A stretch of DNA of 53,003 nt from a virus (lineage: Duplodnaviria > Caudoviricetes): positions 1 to 53,003 of the IMG/VR virus record IMGVR_UViG_3300030101_003060. One strand, written 5' to 3'. The position numbers and the translations under genes were made by a program. The notes beneath the pieces were generated by a model. That model had not been told where the DNA came from. It saw only the letters and a list, made by a program, of their open reading frames with translations, and searched no databases. Positions 45,319-53,003 of this stretch are shown in pieces (within the stretch, counting starts at the first letter, position 1; the number at the start of each line of letters is the position of its first letter).

Positions 45319-45971
45319 CATAAAACCTCCAGATGGGGCTTACCCTCAATTACTACACCGCAGGACAGTATTGGTTTGGCCGGGTGCTTCTCTGCGTACC
45401 TCATGTAGGGATGTTTGATGTCTACTCCGCAGCCCACTGCCATTCCAAATATCTTGAGGCCAGGCTTTTGTACCCACTGGATACCGGAGACACTATGGAT
45501 GTGGCCCATGACTGTGGACTTGAGGGTTGCAAGTGCTGCGTTGTAGTGGGGATACTTACCGCTGAACCCCTCGCCATGAAAGTATCGGACGTTGTCGATC
45601 TCGACTTCGTTCACCCACTCCCATGACGGGGTATCCCATGCGTCGTTGTAGGATTTAATGAGGTTGTCTGGAATACCAACGGAGCGAGCCTGTCGTATGG
45701 CCCGCTCGTCGTGGTTCCCGATTGTCACTTTCGCATTAGGAAAGTTGTCGTGCCACCATTTTATGCGTGACAATGTCTTCTTGTATTCAGCCTGAGTGTC
45801 GGGTGCTTCGTGGTCAGGGTCCCACCTACCCCATCTATGTGAGTCGGTAATGTCACCGATGAAGACAGTGGTGGTGGTCTTGTATTTCTTCTTGACACTA
45901 AGGCAGTGCTGCCGGTACTTCGTGAGATCGGCAGGACAATGGAGGTCCCCTATGACGAGGACTCTACTCAT
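45318..45971 (-). CDS. calcineurin-like metallophosphoesterase
   Basis: GDLH, GDITD, GNHDER, FHG, GHIH. Confidence 0.92.
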   Translation of the reverse strand: MSRVLVIGDLHCPADLTKYRQHCLSVKKKYKTTTTVFIGDITDSHRWGRWDPDHEAPDTQAEYKKTLSRIKWWHDNFPNAKVTIGNHDERAIRQARSVGIPDNLIKSYNDAWDTPSWEWVNEVEIDNVRYFHGEGFSGKYPHYNAALATLKSTVMGHIHSVSGIQWVQKPGLKIFGMAVGCGVDIKHPYMRYAEKHPAKPILSCGVVIEGKPHLEVL

Positions 45972-46306
45972 TCATCTTCCTCTTCCAATTCTAGGATCGC
46001 ATAGACATCAAAGCTAAGATTCCTTCCTCCAATATTAGCAATTCGCATATAAGGGAAAGCAGTGCCTCTTCGTGCTATTCCTGCGGTACTAGTTATATTT
46101 CCTCCTCCACTTAGGATTTCAGCAGTAGGGAGACTATTAAAATTACTATTGTTTATTGATCCCTGTATTGCACAAACCGGGTCTGATCTACCTGTCAATC
46201 CAACGGTATGAGAAATAAATAAGGCTTGAGAACTAGGGACTTCAAAGCTATCACTTGAGCCACCTGCTGTTGCCACCAGTGCTTCTTTGATTTTTACAAA
46301 CTTCAT
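45968..46306 (-). CDS. small beta-rich hypothetical protein (AT-rich gene)
   Basis: IQGSIN...FPYMRI; ATGA-coupled. Confidence 0.65.
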   Translation of the reverse strand: MKFVKIKEALVATAGGSSDSFEVPSSQALFISHTVGLTGRSDPVCAIQGSINNSNFNSLPTAEILSGGGNITSTAGIARRGTAFPYMRIANIGGRNLSFDVYAILELEEEDE

Positions 46307-46566
46307 GATGGGTCTGCCACACGTTCAGCAATAAGAACGGTGTCCCCAGAGCCATTGGTGAAGACGATCTTCGGGAAGTTGTCCATCACCGTGGGTGTGT
46401 CTGCTGAAGGGTTGAGATCGGCAGCCTTGTTGGTGCCGTCCATTGAACCTTGAATAGTGGTTGAAGCAGAGGCCGCTTGAACAATAATCTTTGGGTATTG
46501 TCCAGCGGATTCGTAGGTGTAAGGGCTATCTGAAGACGCGAACGTCTTAGTCGTGATCTTCCATGC
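46303..46566 (-). CDS. small beta-rich hypothetical protein
   Basis: MAWKITT...IQGSMD...FPKIVF (exact start within a few nt). Confidence 0.65.
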   Translation of the reverse strand, partial: AWKITTKTFASSDSPYTYESAGQYPKIIVQAASASTTIQGSMDGTNKAADLNPSADTPTVMDNFPKIVFTNGSGDTVLIAERVADPS

Positions 46567-47074
46567 CATGGGTCAATGATCCATTTACGAGAAGTCTCGC
46601 CACCCATTCTCCGACTGCTCGCCGTGCTGTGGTGGTCGATGAAGGTAGGAGGATGAGAGGCACCTGCCTCTCGAAGAGTATCCTTTGAAAAGAATCTAAA
46701 GCTAGACCCGGATTCTCCACATATTTCGTGGGTCTTTGCAGATCTATGGGGCTTCCTTCCAGTAGGAGGAAGGGCTTCTGACATTCAGATTTCAGGCGGT
46801 CGATCTGAGATATGAATCGTCGGCAGCCATCTTTTCGCAGGCAGTATCCTGCCACTTCTCGTAGGGATCCCTTACGCTCCACGAGGACGTTGTCTTCGTA
46901 GCCAAGGAGGCAGTAGTCACCTGTCTTGAGGGGATGTGTCTCCGTCCGTATACGGACCCGTGTGGGCTTCCTGTGCCACGGCGGCTTTGCGTCATCCAAG
47001 AACGACAGCGTTTCGGGGAAGATCAGAGGCTTCTTTTCCCGTGAGTCTTGGAGGATGACGAACTCTTTCTTCAG
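46547..47074 (-). CDS. ERCC4/XPF-domain nuclease (probable CTG start)
   Basis: ILQDSREK, LKTGDY, VERKGS, LLLEG. Confidence 0.85.
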   Translation of the reverse strand: MKKEFVILQDSREKKPLIFPETLSFLDDAKPPWHRKPTRVRIRTETHPLKTGDYCLLGYEDNVLVERKGSLREVAGYCLRKDGCRRFISQIDRLKSECQKPFLLLEGSPIDLQRPTKYVENPGLALDSFQRILFERQVPLILLPSSTTTARRAVGEWVARLLVNGSLTHGMEDHD

Positions 47075-49218
47075 TCGAGAACCTCAAGGTCGTGCTTTAG
47101 GGTGACTTCTCTGCCGTAGTGCCATTGGAGATCGGCCCAATAGCCCTCATCTATAACCTCTTTTACTGCGGTGTCTACTGCATTTCTTGCAGATTCCTCC
47201 ATATTTTCTGGACAATCTATGTAGATAGCGTCGTAGATCTGCAAGAACATCAGGCATTTGGGGTCAAGATTACGCATAAGCCTGTGCTGGATGGCAAGAG
47301 TTAGGTTGCCTGCCGTGGTTTGGACAGGGAAGTTCACGATTTCTGAGCGTGACTTACCAATATCTCCGAAGAAGGTACGAGATTGTCCGGTCAAGGGTAG
47401 AAGAATCCGGTGTTGCACCTTGGCTTTGTGGAGTAGGGACCTCTGCCATTTGGTAAGGGTGGGCCGAACTGATGCCCTCAGTGCCACAACATCCTGATAG
47501 AACTCCAGGGGTAGGTCGATATCACCTGAGCTTTGGGCATATACCTGTTCCTTCATGGTATTGGCAGAGGAGAGGAATAGGTCAGCGAAGTTCATCATCT
47601 TGCCGACCTGCCTACGTTGGTGTTGGGAGTCTGGCAGTTCGTCGTAGTCCTCCCATAGTGTGCGTGCCCTCTCTGCATGGAGGTCCCGCCCTTCGTTGTA
47701 TGCAGAGATCATGGACTTTTCGCCTGACAGTAGAGCAGCAACCCTGAGTTCTGCTTGAGACAGGTCCATTGCAAGGATGGTTCCTCTTGAAAACCTAGAC
47801 CGTATGCACTTCTTGATTGGCTTTGGGAAGGTCTGTGCTGACGGTTGCTTGCATGTGATGCGGCCTTGGATGGTGCCGCCTGCCGAGCCAGTATCGTTCT
47901 TGATATGGCTGGGAGTTACATACCATGTGGGATAGGCGATGGAGTCTGCCAGTCTTGATGATCGTAGTGATCCGAAGCGAGCGTCTGCCTGCAACTTCTT
48001 GACGACCGGATCTTCCTTCATGTCGGCAGCATCCACTCGCTCTGCTGGCGTGTGGTAAAGCGTTATCTCTTCAGGACTTGCAGACGTTGCGTATGGACCA
48101 CACAAGTTCTTGTTGGTAGGGATAATGATGGAAGACATATCCTCTGGCTTGTTACGTCGGTGGTAAAGGAGAGGATAGCAGTAGGAGGAGATTAGTTTTA
48201 GTGCTTCGGAGTGAGTGTTGGCTAGTTCGAGCGCGTGTTGGTATCCGGCTGTGTCGTCTACCTGACTCAGTTCTTCCAGCAGGGTGGTCCTGTTCTTCTT
48301 GGTGAAGGACACCTTCTTGGTCTTGGGCGTGACATCCATACGATCAAGGATGTCGGGGTTGGATGTCTGTGCAATGAGGGTGATGACTTCATCGAGGAAC
48401 TCATCCTTGGAGGTAGCAGAGCCGGGTCCTTGGAGGATGAGGTCTTGATCTTTCGCCAACTCGATTGCTTCGCCTGAAGTCTTGGAGCATTGCTCGTGCA
48501 ACGATTGCAATCGTTTCGACGACATGGGCACACCATTCTCCGACATCATAATAGTGGCCCAGATGCTATCACTGTAGAAGCGGAGACAGTAGAAGCCATA
48601 GTTGTCGTCCTTGAACTTCTCGTTTAGAAGGCGACGTGACAGTTCTGCTATTGCAAGCAGGGTGTTGTGTGTGTCCTGAGCGTTGTAATCGTGGAGTTTC
48701 TCGTCGGTCGAACGTCGGAACCGTGTCGTCGCCAGTGTCTCTGAGTAGGCATGGGTGCCGAGGACTGGACCCAAGGCTTTGAGGCTACGCTCTTCCCGTA
48801 GTTCAGAGTGAAGGTAATTGAGGACTGAGAGATCGACAAGAGTTTTAGTGGGGGGAATATCAAACCCCACATACCGTAGGTATTGAAGGTCGAACTGTAG
48901 GTTCATGCCGAGGATTGTGTCGGCATGGTCAAGCCAGTCTTGCAGTTGTTGTCGTTGCTCAGGGATATGGAGTTGAAAAACAAAGGTTTCTCCTGGCTCC
49001 ATGTATGACAGTTGTTGGAAGTCTATGTTGACGGCGTGGATGTTGGGGACAGTAATTGCCACCGTCAAAACCATGTCGTCGTCTTTCACTCTGTCAATGT
49101 AGCTTGACTTCTGTGGGTGGAAAACGGTTTGCTTGGGAAGGAAAACGCCAAGATGATTTGTCTTGGCGGCACCGTAGGTTTCGATGTCAAGGCTGATGAT
49201 GTTGCTGTCATTCGTCAT
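47071..49218 (-). CDS. polA: family A DNA polymerase with 3'-5' exonuclease
   Basis: Exo motifs SLDIET, NLQFD, YNAQD; motif A MDLSQAELR; motif B RQVGKMMNF; motif C QIYDA. Confidence 0.92.
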   Translation of the reverse strand: MTNDSNIISLDIETYGAAKTNHLGVFLPKQTVFHPQKSSYIDRVKDDDMVLTVAITVPNIHAVNIDFQQLSYMEPGETFVFQLHIPEQRQQLQDWLDHADTILGMNLQFDLQYLRYVGFDIPPTKTLVDLSVLNYLHSELREERSLKALGPVLGTHAYSETLATTRFRRSTDEKLHDYNAQDTHNTLLAIAELSRRLLNEKFKDDNYGFYCLRFYSDSIWATIMMSENGVPMSSKRLQSLHEQCSKTSGEAIELAKDQDLILQGPGSATSKDEFLDEVITLIAQTSNPDILDRMDVTPKTKKVSFTKKNRTTLLEELSQVDDTAGYQHALELANTHSEALKLISSYCYPLLYHRRNKPEDMSSIIIPTNKNLCGPYATSASPEEITLYHTPAERVDAADMKEDPVVKKLQADARFGSLRSSRLADSIAYPTWYVTPSHIKNDTGSAGGTIQGRITCKQPSAQTFPKPIKKCIRSRFSRGTILAMDLSQAELRVAALLSGEKSMISAYNEGRDLHAERARTLWEDYDELPDSQHQRRQVGKMMNFADLFLSSANTMKEQVYAQSSGDIDLPLEFYQDVVALRASVRPTLTKWQRSLLHKAKVQHRILLPLTGQSRTFFGDIGKSRSEIVNFPVQTTAGNLTLAIQHRLMRNLDPKCLMFLQIYDAIYIDCPENMEESARNAVDTAVKEVIDEGYWADLQWHYGREVTLKHDLEVLD

Positions 49219-49531
49219 CTCCAAGGACTTTCCTTTCCTGATCCATGTCAACCTGATGATTGACTTCGTAGGCTTCGGCGGTGTCATGGATTTCTTCACG
49301 GATACCAGATTCATTTTCCATGATCATCTGTTCACCGTAAGTTTCAATCATGGCATTAAACTGTGAGGCGAGTTCGTCCTTCTTGACCTCTGCGCCTACA
49401 ACCTCAACATTACCATCCACGATCTGGAAATCAATACTTGCGTCCACATCTTCGTATTGAGATTCTATCTCTTCCCCGTCAACAAACATAGTGAAACCAA
49501 TTTTGATTGTCTTGGTGATGTAGTCCATCAC
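49208..49531 (-). CDS. acidic hypothetical protein
   Basis: Coupled ORF of 107 aa, D/E-rich. Confidence 0.7.
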   Translation of the reverse strand: MMDYITKTIKIGFTMFVDGEEIESQYEDVDASIDFQIVDGNVEVVGAEVKKDELASQFNAMIETYGEQMIMENESGIREEIHDTAEAYEVNHQVDMDQERKVLGDDE

Positions 49532-49731
49532 ATGTATCCTTCTGCTTTAAGAGCTTCCTCGACGATCTTTTGCAGGAGGTTGTTAACGGTTCTTCGTTCA
49601 TCCTTTGCATACTTCTTCAATGCAAGAATGACTTTCTTTTCTGGGGTTCTGAATGCGTAGACGTATTGCCCGTTCAACTGGCCGGGCAAGGTCTTGGTTG
49701 CGCGAACGTAACTTTTCTTCTTAGCAGGCAT
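49528..49731 (-). CDS. ribbon-helix-helix (Arc-like) DNA-binding protein
   Basis: YAFRTP...LKKYAKDERRTVNNLLQKIVEEAL; AAGGAG RBS. Confidence 0.7.
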   Translation of the reverse strand: MPAKKKSYVRATKTLPGQLNGQYVYAFRTPEKKVILALKKYAKDERRTVNNLLQKIVEEALKAEGYM

Positions 49732-50419
49732 AATTGCTCCTTGGTGAACGTGGTTGTTGCACGTTCGGTCGTGAGGGTGTGGGGAGTTTACCGTTCAAAG
49801 CATTGGACAGTAACTCCATGTGATCAGAGACAGGGTAAAGGTACCGCTTGTTGCGAAGGATTGCTGCGGGATGGAAAGTCGTATAGATCCGCAGCATGTT
49901 GGCGGGACCTTCAATGTTTGCTTGGCCTTGGTTGTTAAACCCATGTCGTAGTGGGTGTGACTTGCCAAGGTAAGCACGAGAGACTGTGTCGTATGCGTCG
50001 GCACCTAGACACAGTATGTGTGCTATGTGGGGGGAGTGTGCATCAAGTATCTTATTGATGTCGTTATCGGTGTACCCCCAGCATTCCCGGTAATGTCGTC
50101 GTTTGGGTTTCTCTTCGTTACCTAATGTTGCGCAACGTGCTGCGTTTGTTAAATAGATTGGGTGCTTTAGTATCTCGTCGTGTGAGAGATATACGTTTTC
50201 CAACAATCTACCTGAAGGTCCAACGAAACATTTGTTTTCTTTGTCTTCCATTGTGCCGGGGTTCATCCCAACAACAATAAGAGGAGAGGTTGATTGAGAT
50301 AACGACTCGTCAAAGAAACGAGTCGCTATGCCGGGGTTCTTTACGTTGGAAGAAAGCTCACATTTGAAACATGAAGGATGAGATTCAAATTGTGGAAGTG
50401 TTAGAGTTCCCACATCCAT
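49721..50419 (-). CDS. uracil-DNA glycosylase family 4-like protein
   Basis: CFKC, VGMNPG..ED...FVGPSG, TNAARC, LG, TFHPAAILR. Confidence 0.88.
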   Translation of the reverse strand: MDVGTLTLPQFESHPSCFKCELSSNVKNPGIATRFFDESLSQSTSPLIVVGMNPGTMEDKENKCFVGPSGRLLENVYLSHDEILKHPIYLTNAARCATLGNEEKPKRRHYRECWGYTDNDINKILDAHSPHIAHILCLGADAYDTVSRAYLGKSHPLRHGFNNQGQANIEGPANMLRIYTTFHPAAILRNKRYLYPVSDHMELLSNALNGKLPTPSRPNVQQPRSPRSNYAC

Positions 50420-50667
50420 TCTCCTTGTAGGTTTTCAGGAGGTTCTATTTTATTCATAAGTGGGTAAAGAGCAGGAGTTACCATAAGGCCAAATGGTATG
50501 TAGGCATTGCCTCCTGTTTCTTCTACGTCCACTAAGATGCAAAGGACTTGGAGATCCCGGCCCTTTGAATCTTTGCATGACACCAAAGAAACATCTTTGT
50601 TCTTTGCTGCACGCATGAATGTTTCAAAGTTTACTTGGCATTCCTTGCGGATCATTGTGTCTCCCAT
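50401..50667 (-). CDS. hypothetical protein
   Basis: AGAAAGGAAAG RBS downstream of hairpin H5. Confidence 0.7.
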   Translation of the reverse strand: MGDTMIRKECQVNFETFMRAAKNKDVSLVSCKDSKGRDLQVLCILVDVEETGGNAYIPFGLMVTPALYPLMNKIEPPENLQGEWMWEL

Positions 50668-50713
50668 AAGACTTTCCTTTCTTGTGGGAATCTAGTTCAG
50701 ACAAAAAAGAGAT

Positions 50714-50770
50714 TGTTGGGCGGTTGGCACGCCGCCCGTAGGGCGTGGCGTGCCACCGCAAAAATCAACA
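50714..50770 (-). promoter_or_regulatory. GC-rich leader hairpin H5
   Basis: GCGGT-GGCACGC-CA-CGCCC-TAC-GGGCG-GCGTGCC-A-ACCGC, then ATCTCTTTTTT. Confidence 0.7.
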
Positions 50771-50773
50771 GCA

Positions 50774-50802
50774 ATAATAAGTCGGCAAAACTTCCTGGTC
50801 AT
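50774..50802 (-). promoter_or_regulatory. sigma70-like promoter candidate
   Basis: ATGACC-N17-TATTAT located between a terminator and H5. Confidence 0.45.
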
Positions 50803-50816
50803 CAGTTGATCCTCAT

Positions 50817-50857
50817 AAAAAAAGGGCAGGTAATCTTGCGAACAAGACTACCCACCC
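50817..50857 (-). terminator. intrinsic terminator
   Basis: GGGTGGGTAGTCTTG-TTCG-CAAGATTACCTGCCC-TTTTTTT. Confidence 0.88.
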
Positions 50858-50881
50858 TATATATGGAGGCATGTATAACAC

Positions 50882-51088
50882 TCAATGTTTGAGAGACATC
50901 AAGATATTTTTCATGGTATTGTAATACGACTCTGCAATACCATCAGGCAGGTTATGCAACATAACCTGTATTCTATCCTTAGTGACAAGAGGTAGCTCAG
51001 GCTCGAAAGACTTATAGTCGGGATGTTCAGACTCAATCCCAACCAAACGATTGTCCAAGTAAGTAAGCCTGAAACTAATCACTATCAA
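50882..51088 (-). CDS. hypothetical protein
   Basis: 68-aa ORF followed by a terminator. Confidence 0.6.
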   Translation of the reverse strand: MIVISFRLTYLDNRLVGIESEHPDYKSFEPELPLVTKDRIQVMLHNLPDGIAESYYNTMKNILMSLKH

Positions 51089-51587
51089 CCCATTCCATGA
51101 AACTAATGGACTGAGTTCCTCTAAGATCCAAGATCTGTTTCAAAGGATAAGGTACACCATCAATAACAACACACTTGGTAGTACCCAATTCAGGACACAA
51201 CTGATATTCATATTCAACATGCGGTCCGTCATGAATGATCTCGCGTTGAACAGCAAGTGCGATCTCTTCCATAGCTTCCGCAAGTATTTTATTCGCAAGA
51301 GTAATCAACCTCTCACGACTGTATCGAACAAGAGTCAAGGTTCCCTGTCTATCAACAAGGACTGTCGTAAGAAAGCGACCGTCCCTATCAGGACTCAAAC
51401 CATCAAGGACACCTTCATTAGTAGTTGAAGGTCCATAGAAATACAACTCTTCTAGTATGTCTGACTGCTCATCAGATGGTTCACCTACGTGTTGGAAACC
51501 ATAGTCTAGTTCCCAAGGCACGTTACTCATACCAGCCTGTTCATGGACATCACCTTGTCTGATGTCCGAGAGTCTTATCAATGTCAT
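51075..51587 (-). CDS. hypothetical protein
   Basis: 170-aa ORF. Confidence 0.7.
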   Translation of the reverse strand: MTLIRLSDIRQGDVHEQAGMSNVPWELDYGFQHVGEPSDEQSDILEELYFYGPSTTNEGVLDGLSPDRDGRFLTTVLVDRQGTLTLVRYSRERLITLANKILAEAMEEIALAVQREIIHDGPHVEYEYQLCPELGTTKCVVIDGVPYPLKQILDLRGTQSISFMEWVDSD

Positions 51588-51649
51588 GCTGTTTGCATCC
51601 CTGCAAAAAGAGCAAGGGGACCGAAGTCCCCCATGCCCTATTGGAGTTG

Positions 51650-52267
51650 TCAGATAATGGAATCGCCATCCTCTTCACCGATGGGAGTAACAGCATCCTC
51701 CCGACGAGTGGCACGCTTGCGAACACCTTCCAAGTGGATCTTGAGGTCAAGATCACTGGCCCCAAAGCATTCACGATTATCATTCAGAGACAGAGTAAAA
51801 GTCTCTTCATCTTCAAAGTCAAGGAGAGGGAACTTAAAAGCAACACGATCCACCTTGTCATTGCCCTTGACAATTCCAGTGCGAGGACAAGTAACACACA
51901 AGCCAATAAAACCTCTGCACTCATCAGCCAGAGTGTCACGATCAAACCCAAGCCACTTGGGAATATCCTCAACACCAAAGGCATCCAAGAGAGAGATCAA
52001 CTGGATCTGACCAAGAGCAAAAGCCTTACGCTTCTTCTTCCCATCACGATCAATGTATGCAGTGGGATTAAGTTTAGCACCCATAGTGTATGTCCAAAGA
52101 ATGGACTCATGGATTTCCTCACTGTTGCTAACATCATCAGGATGCTTGAAGATGAAAGTAACAGACTTGTTGTTCTTCTTACTAGCAACAACATTAGACA
52201 GACAAACAACCTCAGTGACAGGCACAATCAAGTCACTACCGCACATATCCAAGAAGTCAAGATTCAT
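51650..52267 (-). CDS. hypothetical protein
   Basis: Start MNLDFL with AGAAAGGAAAA RBS, downstream of H4. Confidence 0.75.
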   Translation of the reverse strand: MNLDFLDMCGSDLIVPVTEVVCLSNVVASKKNNKSVTFIFKHPDDVSNSEEIHESILWTYTMGAKLNPTAYIDRDGKKKRKAFALGQIQLISLLDAFGVEDIPKWLGFDRDTLADECRGFIGLCVTCPRTGIVKGNDKVDRVAFKFPLLDFEDEETFTLSLNDNRECFGASDLDLKIHLEGVRKRATRREDAVTPIGEEDGDSII

Positions 52268-52312
52268 TTGCGTTTTCCTTTCTTTCAACGCAATTTAAAA
52301 AAAGAGATAAAG

Positions 52313-52371
52313 CGACGACCACCGTAGTGGCCGCTGCCTCCGGCGGGGGCAGCGGTCCGGAGGTGGGCGGC
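52313..52371 (-). promoter_or_regulatory. GC-rich intergenic hairpin H4
   Basis: CCGCTGCC/GGCAGCGG core with CCACC/GGTGG outer stem, then TTTATCTCTTTTTTT. Confidence 0.65.
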
Positions 52372-52695
52372 TTATGATCCATCAAGATATTTAGCCAAAA
52401 GATATTCAACAAAGACATCACGCATTGCTTCTTCAGTAAGAGCTATAGGTGTAGCTCTATATTTATGTCGATGGTCATAGTCGTAGCCCAACGGACCATA
52501 CAACTGATGAACCGTTGTCTCGGAGGAGAATGTCCTTCGACCATTCGACACCTCAATACTTTGAATCCTGAATCTATCGCCCTTGTACTTGGCGATGATC
52601 CACTGATGTACTTCAAGACCATCATCAATCTCCTCATCCTTCATAATGGGAGAGAACTCAATGTCTTGAATGATCTTGCTTCTGATGCTACTCAT
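52372..52695 (-). CDS. hypothetical protein
   Basis: Start MSSIRSK with GGAG RBS. Confidence 0.7.
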   Translation of the reverse strand: MSSIRSKIIQDIEFSPIMKDEEIDDGLEVHQWIIAKYKGDRFRIQSIEVSNGRRTFSSETTVHQLYGPLGYDYDHRHKYRATPIALTEEAMRDVFVEYLLAKYLDGS

Positions 52696-52936
52696 TGTCT
52701 GACTCCCTACTAATAGATACGCCTCCGTACTTTGCAAGGAAGTGAAAGCAAACAGCAAGAGTGCAAAGATCCCCACGATTAAGTATGACTTCTTCATCTA
52801 AGTCTTGAAGAGAATGACTGGTTTCAATGTCGTTTTCCATTTGATCCTCAAAGGGGGAAAGGATCTCCATAGATTTAGCCATCAATGCAAGCATCATTAC
52901 ACCTTCATTTGGAATGTCATCTTGTTTCATAATCAT
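52688..52936 (-). CDS. hypothetical protein
   Basis: GGAG RBS; 82 aa. Confidence 0.65.
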   Translation of the reverse strand: MIMKQDDIPNEGVMMLALMAKSMEILSPFEDQMENDIETSHSLQDLDEEVILNRGDLCTLAVCFHFLAKYGGVSISRESDNE

Positions 52937-52949
52937 TTTTTCTCCAATG

Positions 52950-52984
52950 AAAAGAATGGGGTGTTGACCGAAGCCAACACCCCT
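52950..52984 (-). terminator. intrinsic terminator after the wrapped ORF
   Basis: GGGGTGTTGGC-TTCG-GTCAACACCCC-ATTCTTTT. Confidence 0.75.
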
Positions 52985-53003
52985 TTGAATCAGAATGGGA
53001 TCT

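Noticed and set aside
47950-48110. Intein or intron in polA
   Set aside because: The insert is short and in-frame, with no C/S...HN-C/S/T splice motifs or LAGLIDADG/HNH signature.
1-53003. Alternative genetic code, tRNA genes, integrase/att site
   Set aside because: Genes are full-length in code 11 with all three stop codons used. No cloverleaf or T-loop signature was seen in the few gaps, and no recombinase motifs were recognised. This was checked by eye only.

Overview
This looks like an essentially complete, circularly permuted ~53 kb tailed dsDNA bacteriophage genome (Caudoviricetes) with a podovirus-like gene set. No integrase, tRNA, CRISPR array or reverse transcriptase was recognised. 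There are two oppositely transcribed arms. The + arm (3231-37726) carries the terminase, portal, scaffold, major capsid, a cluster of tiny lysine-rich proteins, a HEXXH peptidase next to a sigma-factor-like gene, adaptor, fibre, nozzle and ejection-type proteins. The - arm runs 3178->1 and wraps to 53003->37858. It carries an SF3/D5-like helicase, an iteron-type origin, many small hypothetical genes, a UDG-like protein, a divergent PolA, an ERCC4 nuclease, a metallophosphoesterase, a membrane/lysis-like trio, a PD-(D/E)XK nuclease with Sak4-like ATPase and SSB-like protein, and DUF932. The least explained elements are: a dispersed family of GC-rich leader hairpins before strong RBSs; a 230-nt multi-hairpin intergenic region; a translationally coupled array of MAKKK/KKKK micro-proteins; a peptidase-sigma pair inside the virion operon; and a domain shared by two unrelated virion proteins. 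All protein calls come from motif recognition by eye; no searches were run.
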